Shown here: positions 12,541-23,379 of the stretch, one piece after another | Numbering within the stretch: position 1 is the first letter of the stretch | Layout of the letters: each line of letters begins with the position of its first letter | NCBI RefSeq assembly: GCF_963921235.1 | Contig: NC_086097.1 | Coordinates: 172,486,001-172,550,000, forward strand | DNA length: 64,000 nt | Reading direction: 5' to 3' | Source of the DNA: Mobula hypostoma | Taxonomy: Eukaryota | Translations under genes and position numbers: made by a program | The notes under the pieces: model-generated | Databases searched by the model: none | Told to the model about the DNA's origin: nothing | The model's input: the letters and a program-made list of their open reading frames with translations, nothing else

Positions 12541-14024
12541 GTTACGCCGAGAGGATTGCATGTGGTTAAGGATTCAGCAAAGAGCAGGGAAAGGGCTGGC
12601 TGAATGCTTCGAGCTGCCTGAATGCTTCGAGCTGCATTCACCACACTAGGGGCAGAAAGGAACTCTGGATTTCACAGTTAATTCTGCAGGACACGATGTC
12701 TGCACCAAAAATAAGATTTTTATTCAATGCAAATGCTCCCTGTATTAAAAATAAAATAGTCTCTCATACAATTTTATTCCAGAAGAGTAGATTTTCATTT
12801 GGCAGTTGGAAAGCAATCGAACTCTTGCTGGGCTCTCACGTTCAATTATAAAGTCATTTATTCTAATAAGACATCATTCTTTCACTCGTCTGTAGCCTAC
12901 ACAAATCAGAACACATTATTTTGTATGCCTTGCAATGCCTGACCTTGTCAAATTAGCTTGGGTATAGATTCAAAACCGAATCTGCCTTCCATCATGGGAG
13001 AAAACATCAAGTACATTTTTGCAAGTTCTTGAAATCTTTCAATATTAAAGAATGTAGCTTGATTTCATGTATCTTGCCACAATGTACAGGGCTAATTAGA
13101 GAGCAGATGGGCTGGTGTTGTATGTCAGAATATTACAGTTCGATGATAACACTATCACTGGTATGCCACTCCATGCTGTGTGATTGCAATTGAAGCAAAG
13201 ACTGATTCACGTTTCTATACACAAGCCTACATAGAATTCTAGAATGGTTACAGCCCTTCAGTCCATCCTGTCTAATCTCACTCCAGCCATTGTCTCTAAT
13301 TCCCCCTTCCTTTTGAGCAGAAATTACAAAAACATGGAAGGATATGTGCTAAACGGGGAAATAGGGAGTAGTTGGGTGGGCACCATGGTTGGCATGGGGT
13401 TGATGGGCCGAAAGGCCTGTATCTCTGCTATATTTCTCCATGACTCTATGACAGCAGGCTCAAGGACAGCTTCTTCCCCTCCACCAAATGATTTCTGAAT
13501 AGGACATGGACCCATGAACACTGTTTCATTATTCCTTTATTTTTGTACCAATTATTCATAGATTTAGTAATTTATAGTAATATTTATGTGTTTGCACAGT
13601 AAAATGCCAGATTTAATATCATATAAGTCAATGATAATAAACTTGATCCTGAATCCAATTCAGGTTCTATTCTGCTGTTATCAGATACATGAACATACCC
13701 TCATACAATAAACAATGAGCTCTTAATCTCTCAGTCGATCTTGTCATGACCCCTGCATTTTATTTGTCCATCTGCACCTCATTTCCTTTGTAACTGTAAC
13801 ATTGTATTCTCAAAGTTTTCTAGATCTGCTGCAGTTTGCCTACAGACCCAACAAATCTGCAAATAATGCCGTTAACATTGGTCTGGACATCGTGCTGCAG
13901 CACTTTGATTCCCTGGTACACTCTCTTTGTCCATTTCTTTTCAGTTTTCAATACAATCATCCCTGGACATCAGCAAGAGAGTGTCTCCAAACTTAACATG
14001 ACAGCTCCCTCCACTCTGTTGCTC

Positions 14025-15185
14025 TGCTGGTAAAAAAGAAAATCAAATTATTAGAAAGAGGTGACACAGGGTCAGAAGGTGTTGAATCATTGTGGATAGA
14101 GCTAAGGAACTGCAAGGGTAAAAAGACCCTGATAGGAGTTGTATACAGAACCCCAAACAGTAGTAAGGATGTGGCCAACAAATTACAACAAGAGATAAAA
14201 AATGCATGCCAAAAAGGCAATGGTCATGGGGTATTTGAATATGCAGGTAGATTAGGAAAATCAGGTTAGTGCTGGACTACAGGAGGGAGAACTCCAAGAG
14301 TGCTTGCGAGATGGCTTTTTAGAGAAGCTCATGGTTGGAGCTCACTAGATGATTGGGTGTTGTGCAATGAACTAGAATTGACTAGAGAGCTTAAGGTAAA
14401 AGAGTCCTTAGGTGTAGTATTCATAATATGATCAAATTCATCCTGAAGTTTGAGAAGGGGAAACTGAAGTCAGATGTATCAGCATTACAGTGGAGAAAAG
14501 GGAATTACAGAGGCATGAGAGAGGAGTTGGCCTGAATTGACAGGAAAAGAACACTGGCAGGGATGATGGCAGAGCAGCAATGGCTGGAATTTCTGGAAGC
14601 AATTTGGATGACACAGGATATATACATCCCCAAGAGGAAGAAGTATTCCTAAAGGAAAGATGACACAATCATGACTATCAAGAGAAATTAATGCCAACAT
14701 AAAATCCAAAGACAGGGCATATAATAGAGCAAAAATTAGTGGTGGGAAGTTAGAGGACTGGGAAGTTTTCAAATACCAACAGACCACTAAACACTCATTA
14801 AGCAGATAAAGATGGAATACGAAAGTGATGGAATACGAAAGTGACAGACAAACTGAATAAGGATTTTGCATCAGTCTTCATTGTCGAAGACACTGACAGT
14901 ACAGTATGTTGGCAGTTCCTGTGTCAGGGCATGAAATATGTAAGGTTACCATTTCTACAGAGAAGGTTCTTGGGAAACTGAAAGGTCTGATACTAGATAA
15001 GTCACCTTGACCAGACGGTGTACACTACAGGGTTCTGAAAGGGGTGGCTAAAGAGATTGTGGAACCATTAGTAACGATCTTCCAAGAATCACTAGATTCT
15101 GGAATACTTCGGGAAGACTGGAAAATTGTAAATGTCACCCCACTCTTCAAGAAGGAAGAGAGGCAGAAGAAAGGAAACTATAGCC
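14025..15185 (+). mobile_element. CR1 ORF2 internal fragment (EN to RT N-terminus)
   Basis: Decayed ESLWIELRN...GVVYRTPN...DWKIVNVTPLFKK motifs. Confidence 0.85.
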
Positions 15186-16399
15186 CTGGTATATTTAAAG
15201 CTTGCTTGAAGTAGGTGGGTACCACACACTGCTAAAGTGAGAGGTTAAAGATCTGAGTAAACACAGGCATTAGTTTAATTGGGTGTCATTAGCTTAAGTA
15301 GTTCAGCACAACATCATGAGCCAAATGGCCTGTTCCTTGTGTATGTCACTGATCTTTGTTCAGCATTCTTGAAAGTTAATGTACACCACATCTGGTTTTT
15401 CTTGATATGTTCTATGTTACATCTTAAAAACAACTCTAGTATGTTCCATGCATTTCAGAAATCCATATTAACATTGTCTAATTCCCTTGATAATTGTTTC
15501 ATTTCCTATTATCTCATCATTCAATCTCCTCTGGTATTTTCCTCAGCTATCACGTCATATGTGCACGCTTCACTTAAAGTAAAAACGAACAGAGACTCAA
15601 ATCTCTTGGTTCCCTTTCAATTAATTTTTATGTTTTGGAGTTACAAAATGTAACACATGTATCCACTGTTTTCATGGCTACTTCTGTTAGCACACTGAGA
15701 TGCAAGTTATCAGGCCATGGGAAATTATCAGCTTTCAGTGCCAACAGCAGTGGTATTTTCATATTAATACTGATTTCCCTTAGTACTTTTATTATTCTCC
15801 TTTAAAAAAAGAACAGCAGCGAGGGATAAATGCATCCTTCCTTTGAGTCACTCTCTTGCCTCAATTATCTCTGACCTTACTGCATAACCCATACATTTTC
15901 TGTAGTTCTGTAACCTTGACAACCTGGGCCTCCCAGCTCCAGTCGATATACGGAGCCAGCTGGAGACAATCATTCGACTGTACTTACAGTCTTGTCTGAA
16001 CTTTTCCAATTACTTGATGTTCCTTTGGATTTTCCAGAGTTGTGCAAGGTTTAAAACAACATTTTGTTGCATTATAATTGTGGGAAATAAGTAAGTACGA
16101 AGAAAATGCAAATAGCTATTCAATCCAGTGAAACAATTGATTGACAGTGATCACCTCTAATCATGTTTGTGTATTTCTAAACATTAGCAAGAAAGCTAAA
16201 GTATCTTTTACAGCGAGTTAAACCATAGAACAGTACAGAAGAGTACAAGCCCTTCAGCCCACAATGTTGTGCCAGCCTTTTAACCTAATTCAAGATCAAT
16301 CCAAAAACAGGAATTCTGCAGATGCTGGAAATTCAAGCAACACACATCAAAGTTGCTGGTGAACGCAGCAGGCCAGGCAGCATCTATAGGAAGAGGCGC

Positions 16400-16435
16400 A
16401 GTCGACGTTTCAGGCCGAGACCCTTCGTCAGGACT
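16400..16435 (-). ncRNA. Minimal type I hammerhead ribozyme motif
   Basis: Minus strand: agtc-CUGACGA-agggucucggccu-GAAA-C-GUC-gacu; stem I agtc/gact, palindromic loopless stem III (ACGU). Confidence 0.75.
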
Positions 16436-16729
16436 AACTGAAGGAAGAGTGAGTAAGGGATTTGAAAGCTGGAGGGGGAGGGGGAGATGCAAAATGATAG
16501 GAGAAGACAGGAGGGGGAGGGATAGAGCCGAGAGCTGGACAGGTGATAGGCAAAAGGGGATACGAGAGGATCATGGGACAGGAGGTCCGGGAAGAAAGAC
16601 AAGGGGGGGGGAACCCAGAGGGTGGGCAAGAGGTATATTCAGAGGGACAGAGGGAGAAAAAGGAGAGTGAGAGAAAGAATGTGTGCATAAAAATGAGTAA
16701 CAGCTGGTGTACGAGGGGGAGGTGGGGCA

Positions 16730-17749
16730 TTAGCGGAAGTTAGAGAAGTCAATGTTCATGCCATCAGGTTGGAGGCTACCCAGACGGAATATAAGGTGTT
16801 GTTCCTCCAACCTGAGTGTGGCTTCATCTTTACAGTAGAGGAGGCCGTGGATAGACATGTCAGAATGGGAATGGGATGTGGAATTAAAATGTGTGGCCAC
16901 TGGGAGATCCTGCTTTCTCTGGCGAACAGAGCGTAGATGTTCAGCAAAGCGGTCTCCCAGTCTGCGTTGGGTCTCACCAATATATAAAAGGCCACATCGG
17001 GAGCACCGGACGCAGTATATCACCCCAGTCGACTCACAGGTGAAGTGATGCCTCACCTGGAAGGACTGTTTGGGGCCCTGAATGATGGTAAGGGAGGAAG
17101 TGTAAGGGCATGTGTAGCACTTATTCCGCTTACACGGATAAGTGCCAGGAGGGAGATCAGTGGGGAGGGATGGGGGGGACGAATGGACAAGGGAGTTGTG
17201 TAGGGAGCGATCCCTGCGGAATGCAGAGAGAGGGGGGGAGGGAAAGATGTGCTTAGTGGTGGGATCCCGTTGGAGGTGGCGGAAGTTACGGAGAATAATA
17301 TGTTGGACCCGGAGGCTGGTGGGGTGGTAGGTTAGGACCAGGGGAACCCTATTCCTAGTGGGGTGGTGGGAGGATGGAGTGAGAGCAGATGTACGTGAAA
17401 TGGGGGAGATGCGTTTAAGAGCAGAGTTGATAGTGGAGGAAGGGAAGCCCCTTTCTTTAAAAAATGAAGACATCTCCCTCGTCCTAGAATGAAAAGCCTC
17501 ATCCTGAGAGCAGATGCGGCGGAGACGGAGGAATTGCGAGAAGGGGATGGCATTTTTGCAAGAGACAGGGTGAGAAGAGGAATAGTCCAGATAGCGGTGA
17601 GAGTCAGTAGGCTTATAGTAGACATCAGTGGATAAGCTGTCTCCAGAGACAGAGACAGAAAGATCTAGAAAAGGGAGGGAGGTGTCGGAAATGGACCAGG
17701 TAAACTTGAGGGCAGGGTGAAAGTTGGAGGCAAAGTTAATAAAGTCAAC
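16730..17749 (-). CDS. Penelope RT thumb plus GIY-YIG endonuclease (partial, no start)
   Basis: FLDLSV, TDVYYKPTD, SSHP, CxxxxCxxC, 'GVIYCVRCSRCGLLYIGET...RFAEH', LEEQHLIFRLGSLQPDGMN. Confidence 0.9.
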   Translation of the reverse strand, partial: VDFINFASNFHPALKFTWSISDTSLPFLDLSVSVSGDSLSTDVYYKPTDSHRYLDYSSSHPVSCKNAIPFSQFLRLRRICSQDEAFHSRTREMSSFFKERGFPSSTINSALKRISPISRTSALTPSSHHPTRNRVPLVLTYHPTSLRVQHIILRNFRHLQRDPTTKHIFPSPPLSAFRRDRSLHNSLVHSSPPSLPTDLPPGTYPCKRNKCYTCPYTSSLTIIQGPKQSFQVRHHFTCESTGVIYCVRCSRCGLLYIGETQRRLGDRFAEHLRSVRQRKQDLPVATHFNSTSHSHSDMSIHGLLYCKDEATLRLEEQHLIFRLGSLQPDGMNIDFSNFR

Positions 17750-18544
17750 GATCAATCCAACCTTTCCCTTTCACATAACCCTTTTGCTTTTCTTTCATTC
17801 ATGTGCTTAAATGTCCCTAATGCATCTGCCCCTGCCAATGTGTTACATCTACATACCACTCTCCATGTTAAAAATCACTTCTGACATCCCTCCTATACTT
17901 TCATCCAATCACCTTAGAATTATACCTTCTTATATTAGCCATTTCTACCCTGGGAAAAAAAAGCACTAGCTGCCCACTCTACCTATACTTCTTGTCATCC
18001 TATAAACTTCTATCAAGTCAACTCTCGTCTTCACTCGAAAGAGCAGTCTTTCCTCATAAGCATGCTCTCTAATCCTGGTAAATCTCAGCACCTTCTCTGA
18101 AGCTTCTACATCCTTCCTAACCAGAGCTTGAACACAATTGGTGAAAAGGCTTCAAGAGGGGAATAGCTTCATTAGCATGATTTTTCTCACTAACCCCATA
18201 GCCCCTCTTAGTCTATTGCCTGCAGTTGTAGAAAACTTTGCTTTATCATAGGAGAAGGAACTGGGAGACCAGTCCAGTGTGGGCTTGTCATTACTGTTAC
18301 AAACCCAGAACTACAGCAGCATTTTAACAAAGCATACAGCCACTAAGAAAAATGTAAATATTTGACTCTTATTCTCCAAAGGAGATGTTGATCCACCTCA
18401 ACCAATAAACCTCTCGAGATACTTTCTTTCAATTGAGAACAAGAAATCTGAGAGGCTATTTGACCCATAAAGTCTTCACTGCATTATTTGGTCAACTCAG
18501 CTAAACTCCATTGCTGTACTGTTTCTGCCCAAGTGTTTATCTAA

Positions 18545-18868
18545 CTCAGTCTTAATGTTATGAGGACGTGATTTTAAGTTTTTTAACTCTGCTTGGTTCC
18601 AAGTTAGCCCATTGCTTTGCTTTGCTTTTAGTTAGTTGCATGGTGGTTTTTTTTGAGGTTTTTTTTTCCTTTTCTTTATTGATATATATATATATAAAAA
18701 TTAGTATACTATTATGTTACCTTAGTATGTTATGTTTAAATTACGTTGTTTGTATCATTTTTTTTGTATTAATACTTCCTGTAATTTTATTATATTCTAA
18801 CAGTGTATTAGTGCCTATATGGCTTACCTTTTTGTATACTTATTCAATAAAAAGATTTAAAAAGAAGA
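18545..18868 (+). mobile_element. L1-like 3'UTR fragment
   Basis: T-rich tail ending 'caataaaaagatttaaaaagaa'. Confidence 0.6.
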
Positions 18869-19312
18869 TGAATGTTACCAGTAAATTGGCTTCTAACAGG
18901 CTCTCATGGATTCCAGATCACAATCCACCACTTACTCTATCTTCTCTTCTTAACTTTACTACTTTATCAAATACCTTAACCTTGCATTCACCTGCCACCA
19001 GATATTTCACCTCTTTCACCATAAAATCTACTCATAAGTCTAAACCTTTGTATCAGCTTCTCCTTAACAACCTCATTTCTAAGGTAGGCAAACCCCGTTC
19101 TTCCGATCTTCAAGTTCAAAGTTCCTCATTCCTGTATCATCTCTAGCCCTTTCTCTATACTGCTGAGTTTTTAGAGTCTAGAACAGATGTTTTAGCAGAG
19201 ACATGTAAAGTTTCAGCTGAACTTTCAAGCTGATGCACCTCATTAGATTCAAATCTTCTTTTATTTCCCAACTTTGAAGATTCATGAGTTTTTTCTAAGA
19301 TATTCAGATAAT

Positions 19313-19713
19313 TGTAAAGAGCTCTTCAGGCCTGTGCAAGGAGCTGGGCAGCGTTGGTCTCTGAGGTTTCTAGAGTACCTGAATTGGATAATTGTTTAAC
19401 AAGAATCTTTAATCAGTTAGAGTTCCTTGCGTTTTCTCGAGTGACCCGTTCTTTGTAACTCATTCTCCTGGTGCTTTCTGTATAAACTTGTTGCGCTTCC
19501 TTTGAGGGACTCTGTGTTACTTGTATTATTTAAACAGATGCCTGATTAGTGCTAATTGCAGGGTCCTAGGCTTGGGAATGTTACGTCTCATGGTGTCACT
19601 CAACCAAGCCTCCTGTTGGAATTCTGATGAATAAACTTTGTATGCTGTCTCTATATTGGAATCTGTCTTTCCTCCGCACTTGGGTTCTGACATTGCCAGC
19701 ACACGTCACGACA
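19313..19713 (+). mobile_element. Solo LTR (401 bp) with a 6-bp TSD
   Basis: TGT...ACA termini, gataat on both sides (19307-19312 and 19714-19719), AATAAA near 19631. Confidence 0.8.
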
Positions 19714-20624
19714 GATAATAGTTTTAAAATGCAGTCAAACAACCCAGGGTGCAAGTAACTGTAGACTCCTTCTCTGGAGATCAAAATGCTGAAGAATATT
19801 AGTAACTCAGACAGAACTGAAGAAAGTGAGACAGGGTTATTGTTTCAATGTAAATAAAAATCTGATAAAGGATTTTGGACTTGTACTATTAACTGTCTCT
19901 AGTGTTTCCAGCATCTTCTGACTTTAATTGTTTATATTGGAAGAATGTTTTCCTGATTGGAATTCTATGATTAGTGGTGCACTACTGGGATGGGTGCAGG
20001 GACCTTGTTTTTTTTTATATATATATTAACTACATGGCTGTAAATGTAGGGGGAGGGAGATGATTAGTAGGTCTGCAAGTAATGTGAAAATTGATGGTGT
20101 TGTCGATAGTGAGGAAGATTGCCTTGGGCTAGAGCAGAATAATAATCAAATAGAAAACTGACTGAGCATTGTCAGACGGAATTTAATTCCATAAAATGTG
20201 AGGTGATGCATTTCAGGAAGTCAGACAGAGGTAGGACATACAGAATGTGGTAAAGGGGTAGGTGCAAAGGAATGTTACTGAACAGAGCTACCTTGTGATT
20301 CAAATTCATAATTCCCTAGAAGTGTCAACACAGATAAATATGGTGTTGAAGAAGGCGTATGGCATATTTGCCTTCATAGATTGGGGCAGAGTGTAAAAAT
20401 TGGAACGTTATATTGCAACTTTACAAAATGTTGGTTAGACTGTACTATTGTTCTGGTTATCATCCTGCAGGATGGACAGGAGAGCAGGCAGAGAAGATTC
20501 ACCAGAATTTTGTCTGGATCACAGGCCATTAGTAATGGAGAGACATTAGATATGCTGGGATTGTGTTCCTCGGAGTAAAGGAAGCTGAGAGGTAGCCTGG
20601 TAGAAGTATATAAGATTATAAGAA

Positions 20625-20937
20625 TAATAATAATAGGCATCTGTTAGTCTCGTGAGATCATGGATTTGCGCCTTGGAAGGTTTCCAGGGCGCAGGCCTGA
20701 GCAAGGTTGTATGGAAGACCGGCAGTTGCCCATGCTGCAAGTCTCCCCTCTCCACACCACCGATGTTGTCCAAGGGAAGGGCACAAGGGCCAATACTGCT
20801 TGGCACCAGTGTCATCGCAGAGCAATATGTGGTTACTTGCCTTGCTCAAGGACGCAACACGCTGCCTCAGCTGAGGCTCGAACTAGTGACCTTCAGATCA
20901 CTAGACTGACGCCTTAACCACTTGGCCACATGCCAAT
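20625..20937 (-). mobile_element. tRNA-headed SINE with an RTE-type tail
   Basis: Minus strand: A-box 'tggccaagtgg', B-box-like 'agttcgagcc', (TAT)n tail; TSD attata/gagaata on both flanks. Confidence 0.85.
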
Positions 20938-21111
20938 ACAATTATGAGAATAGATAAGGTATAAATTCATAATCTTTTTCCCATGGTGAGTGTATCAAAA
21001 CCAAAACAGCATTGGTTTAAGGTGAGGGGAAGGAACATTAAAGAGGATCAGAGGGGTAAGGTTATGTACACAGGGAGTGGCAGATATCTGAAATGTAGTG
21101 TCAGTTGAGGT

Positions 21112-21967
21112 TGTTACGTACCCCGTAACTGGGTTGCCAAACCAGCAGAAATGGATCACTCAGTTGGAGTCTGGAGTACTAGAACTAAGAAAGTTTTATT
21201 AAAGAAACAAGCAACACAGTAATCGAAAGGATAATAAATGCAACAGTTCAGCAATGATCACCACACATGTGCACAGAATTAAGATAACAGCATCAATCAA
21301 GCTCTATCGTTGTCTAGGGGTAAATGACCAAATTTAAAAGTGACTCAAAGTTCAGTCCAGTTTAGTAGTTCAGTTCGCAGTAATCGTTGCCATGGATGGA
21401 CAACGTGGGGGAAGAGAGAGATAGAACAGGAACAACTGATCATTCAGCACAGCTTCACTCACAGACCGGCGATATGGCTCACAAGCAGCTTTTGGGCGGG
21501 TCCTTGGTGATGTCACCTGAGGTCACCGACTGTGACCCCTCCTCCAGATGCGGTCGATCCTCTGCAGTGAACCCGGCACCCAGGCAACGGCGGACACACA
21601 CCGGGTTCCCGCTGATCATACCTTTCCACCCTGGTCGTTGTCTGGTACTTCTCACCCACTCGTGAAAGGCGCACCGCTTCCAGGGTCTCGTTACCTCGGG
21701 TGGCGTGTATGTCCTTGGCAAACCGGTCCCTTTTTATCCCCCTGCTGGGGTATCGCCTGTCCATCACTTCAAACAGTTCAAGGTTCAAAGAGGGGAGCCG
21801 CTCCAGACAGCTCTCTCTCCCCCGTCCCTTCATTACACATCTCCAGACGCTGCTCCATTGTTCCTTATCTCTCCTACCCCTGAGGGCAGGTGGCAGACCA
21901 CTTACTGATGTCACTGATGCTAACCCAGGCCAGCAAACATCTTAATTTTATGTGTATTCTCGTCACA
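21112..21967 (-). mobile_element. Solo LTR (856 bp), Gypsy/ERV-like
   Basis: TGTTACG...CGTCACA inverted termini, 4-bp TSD aggt, minus-strand AATAAA near 21195. Confidence 0.9.
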
Positions 21968-23379
21968 AGGTGATGGACTCAGATACAATCACCACATTGA
22001 AGAGGTATTTAGACAAGCACTTGTATAGGCAAACCACCAATAGCTACCATCCTAATGCAGGCAAATGGGATTTGTGTAGATGGGCAAATAGGTTGCAATG
22101 GAAGAGATGGTCTGAAGAGGCCATTTAGGTTCTGTATGACTCGATGACTCGACAAATCTAAACAGGATATGGAACACAGAGCCGAACCATGTTTGTGCTG
22201 ACTATGATGGCATTCGAAACCAATCCCAACTGTCTGCATATGGTCCATATCCCTCCATTTCCTGTCAGTGCATGCATCTGTCTAAATGTTCCCTGAACAT
22301 TGATATTATATTCACTTCCACCACCAGTTCAAACAGCCCATTCCAAGCACCTACTGACCTCTGTGTAAAAAACTAACTAACCACACATACCTTTTTTAAA
22401 ACTTTTCCCCTCTCACCGTAAACCTATGACATTTAGTATTTCACATTTCCTCCCTGGGGAAAAATACTATCTGTGTTACCTATATCTCTCATAATTTTAT
22501 ATATCTATCAGGTAAATCACAGATCATTGACCTTTTTACAGAACCTAGAGTATTTACACAGAGAACAAGTTTTAAGATTCAGAGAATGATGGAAGGGGAG
22601 ATGGAAAAGTTGGGTCAATGATAGGGTGGCAAACAGCGAACATTAAAAGGTCAAGGAGATGTTGGTGCAGGGTAAAAAGGGCATAGTGGAGTGACAAGTA
22701 GCAAAGTTATAGATAGGTCCAGGAGTGTAAATTTTCATGTGAAATTGCTAAGCCTGCAAGGAGGTAATAAACCAAGTCAGAAGTGTTGTCCTTTTGGAAA
22801 CATTAGGTTTCATTTGAGGCTGAGTACTGACAGATTAGAGTGACAGTGGGTCAGGTAGATTGATATGACAATTGACCAGAGGCTCAAGGTCATGCTTACA
22901 ATTGAAGAAAAGCACACTGTAAACTAAACACGCAATTTGCAGTTTGTCTTCCCAGAACCACACGGGGAGAAGTGAGTACTCTGTTGCAGAAAGTACAAGT
23001 AAATTGCTGACAATCCGAGAAAGAACAATTAGAACAAAAAAAAGCCAAAGTCCATTTTAATGCAAAGTGGTCAAAGTTGTCATGGTATTGCTAAACAGTA
23101 GTGACTGGGGATTATTGATGGTTGGTTCAAGAATTTATTGGTTGAAGGAAAGTAGCTGTTCCTGAACCTGGTGGGGCGTATTATGTTTTCTAACTCGAAC
23201 ACATAAAACTAACTGAAAGAAAAAACCATGGGAGAGCCAGGGATAACTCGTGTGTGTTTAGTTTTATCTTTACTTTTAGCCAAGGCACGCGCATATGACG
23301 TGGTGGCATAATGACATATGCCATTCACATAATTTTACATAATACATGTAATGAATTATTTCAACAAACGAAGAATGCA

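Larger units (their letters stand above)
16305..17749 (-). mobile_element. Penelope-like element, 5'-truncated, young, 11-bp TSD
   Basis: TSD gatcaatccaa at 16294-16304 and 17750-17760; uninterrupted ORF; hammerhead motif in the 3' repeat; inserted in a minus-strand CR1 tail. Confidence 0.93.
20020..22150 (+). mobile_element. Old CR1 3' half hosting a SINE and a solo LTR
   Basis: Degenerate 'gaatttaattccataaaatgtgaggtgatgcattt' and a CR1 3' tail at about 22110-22150. Confidence 0.75.

Noticed and set aside
18568..19146. 192-aa hydrophobic ORF
   Set aside because: Comes from a T-rich L1 3'UTR plus decayed repeat; low complexity.
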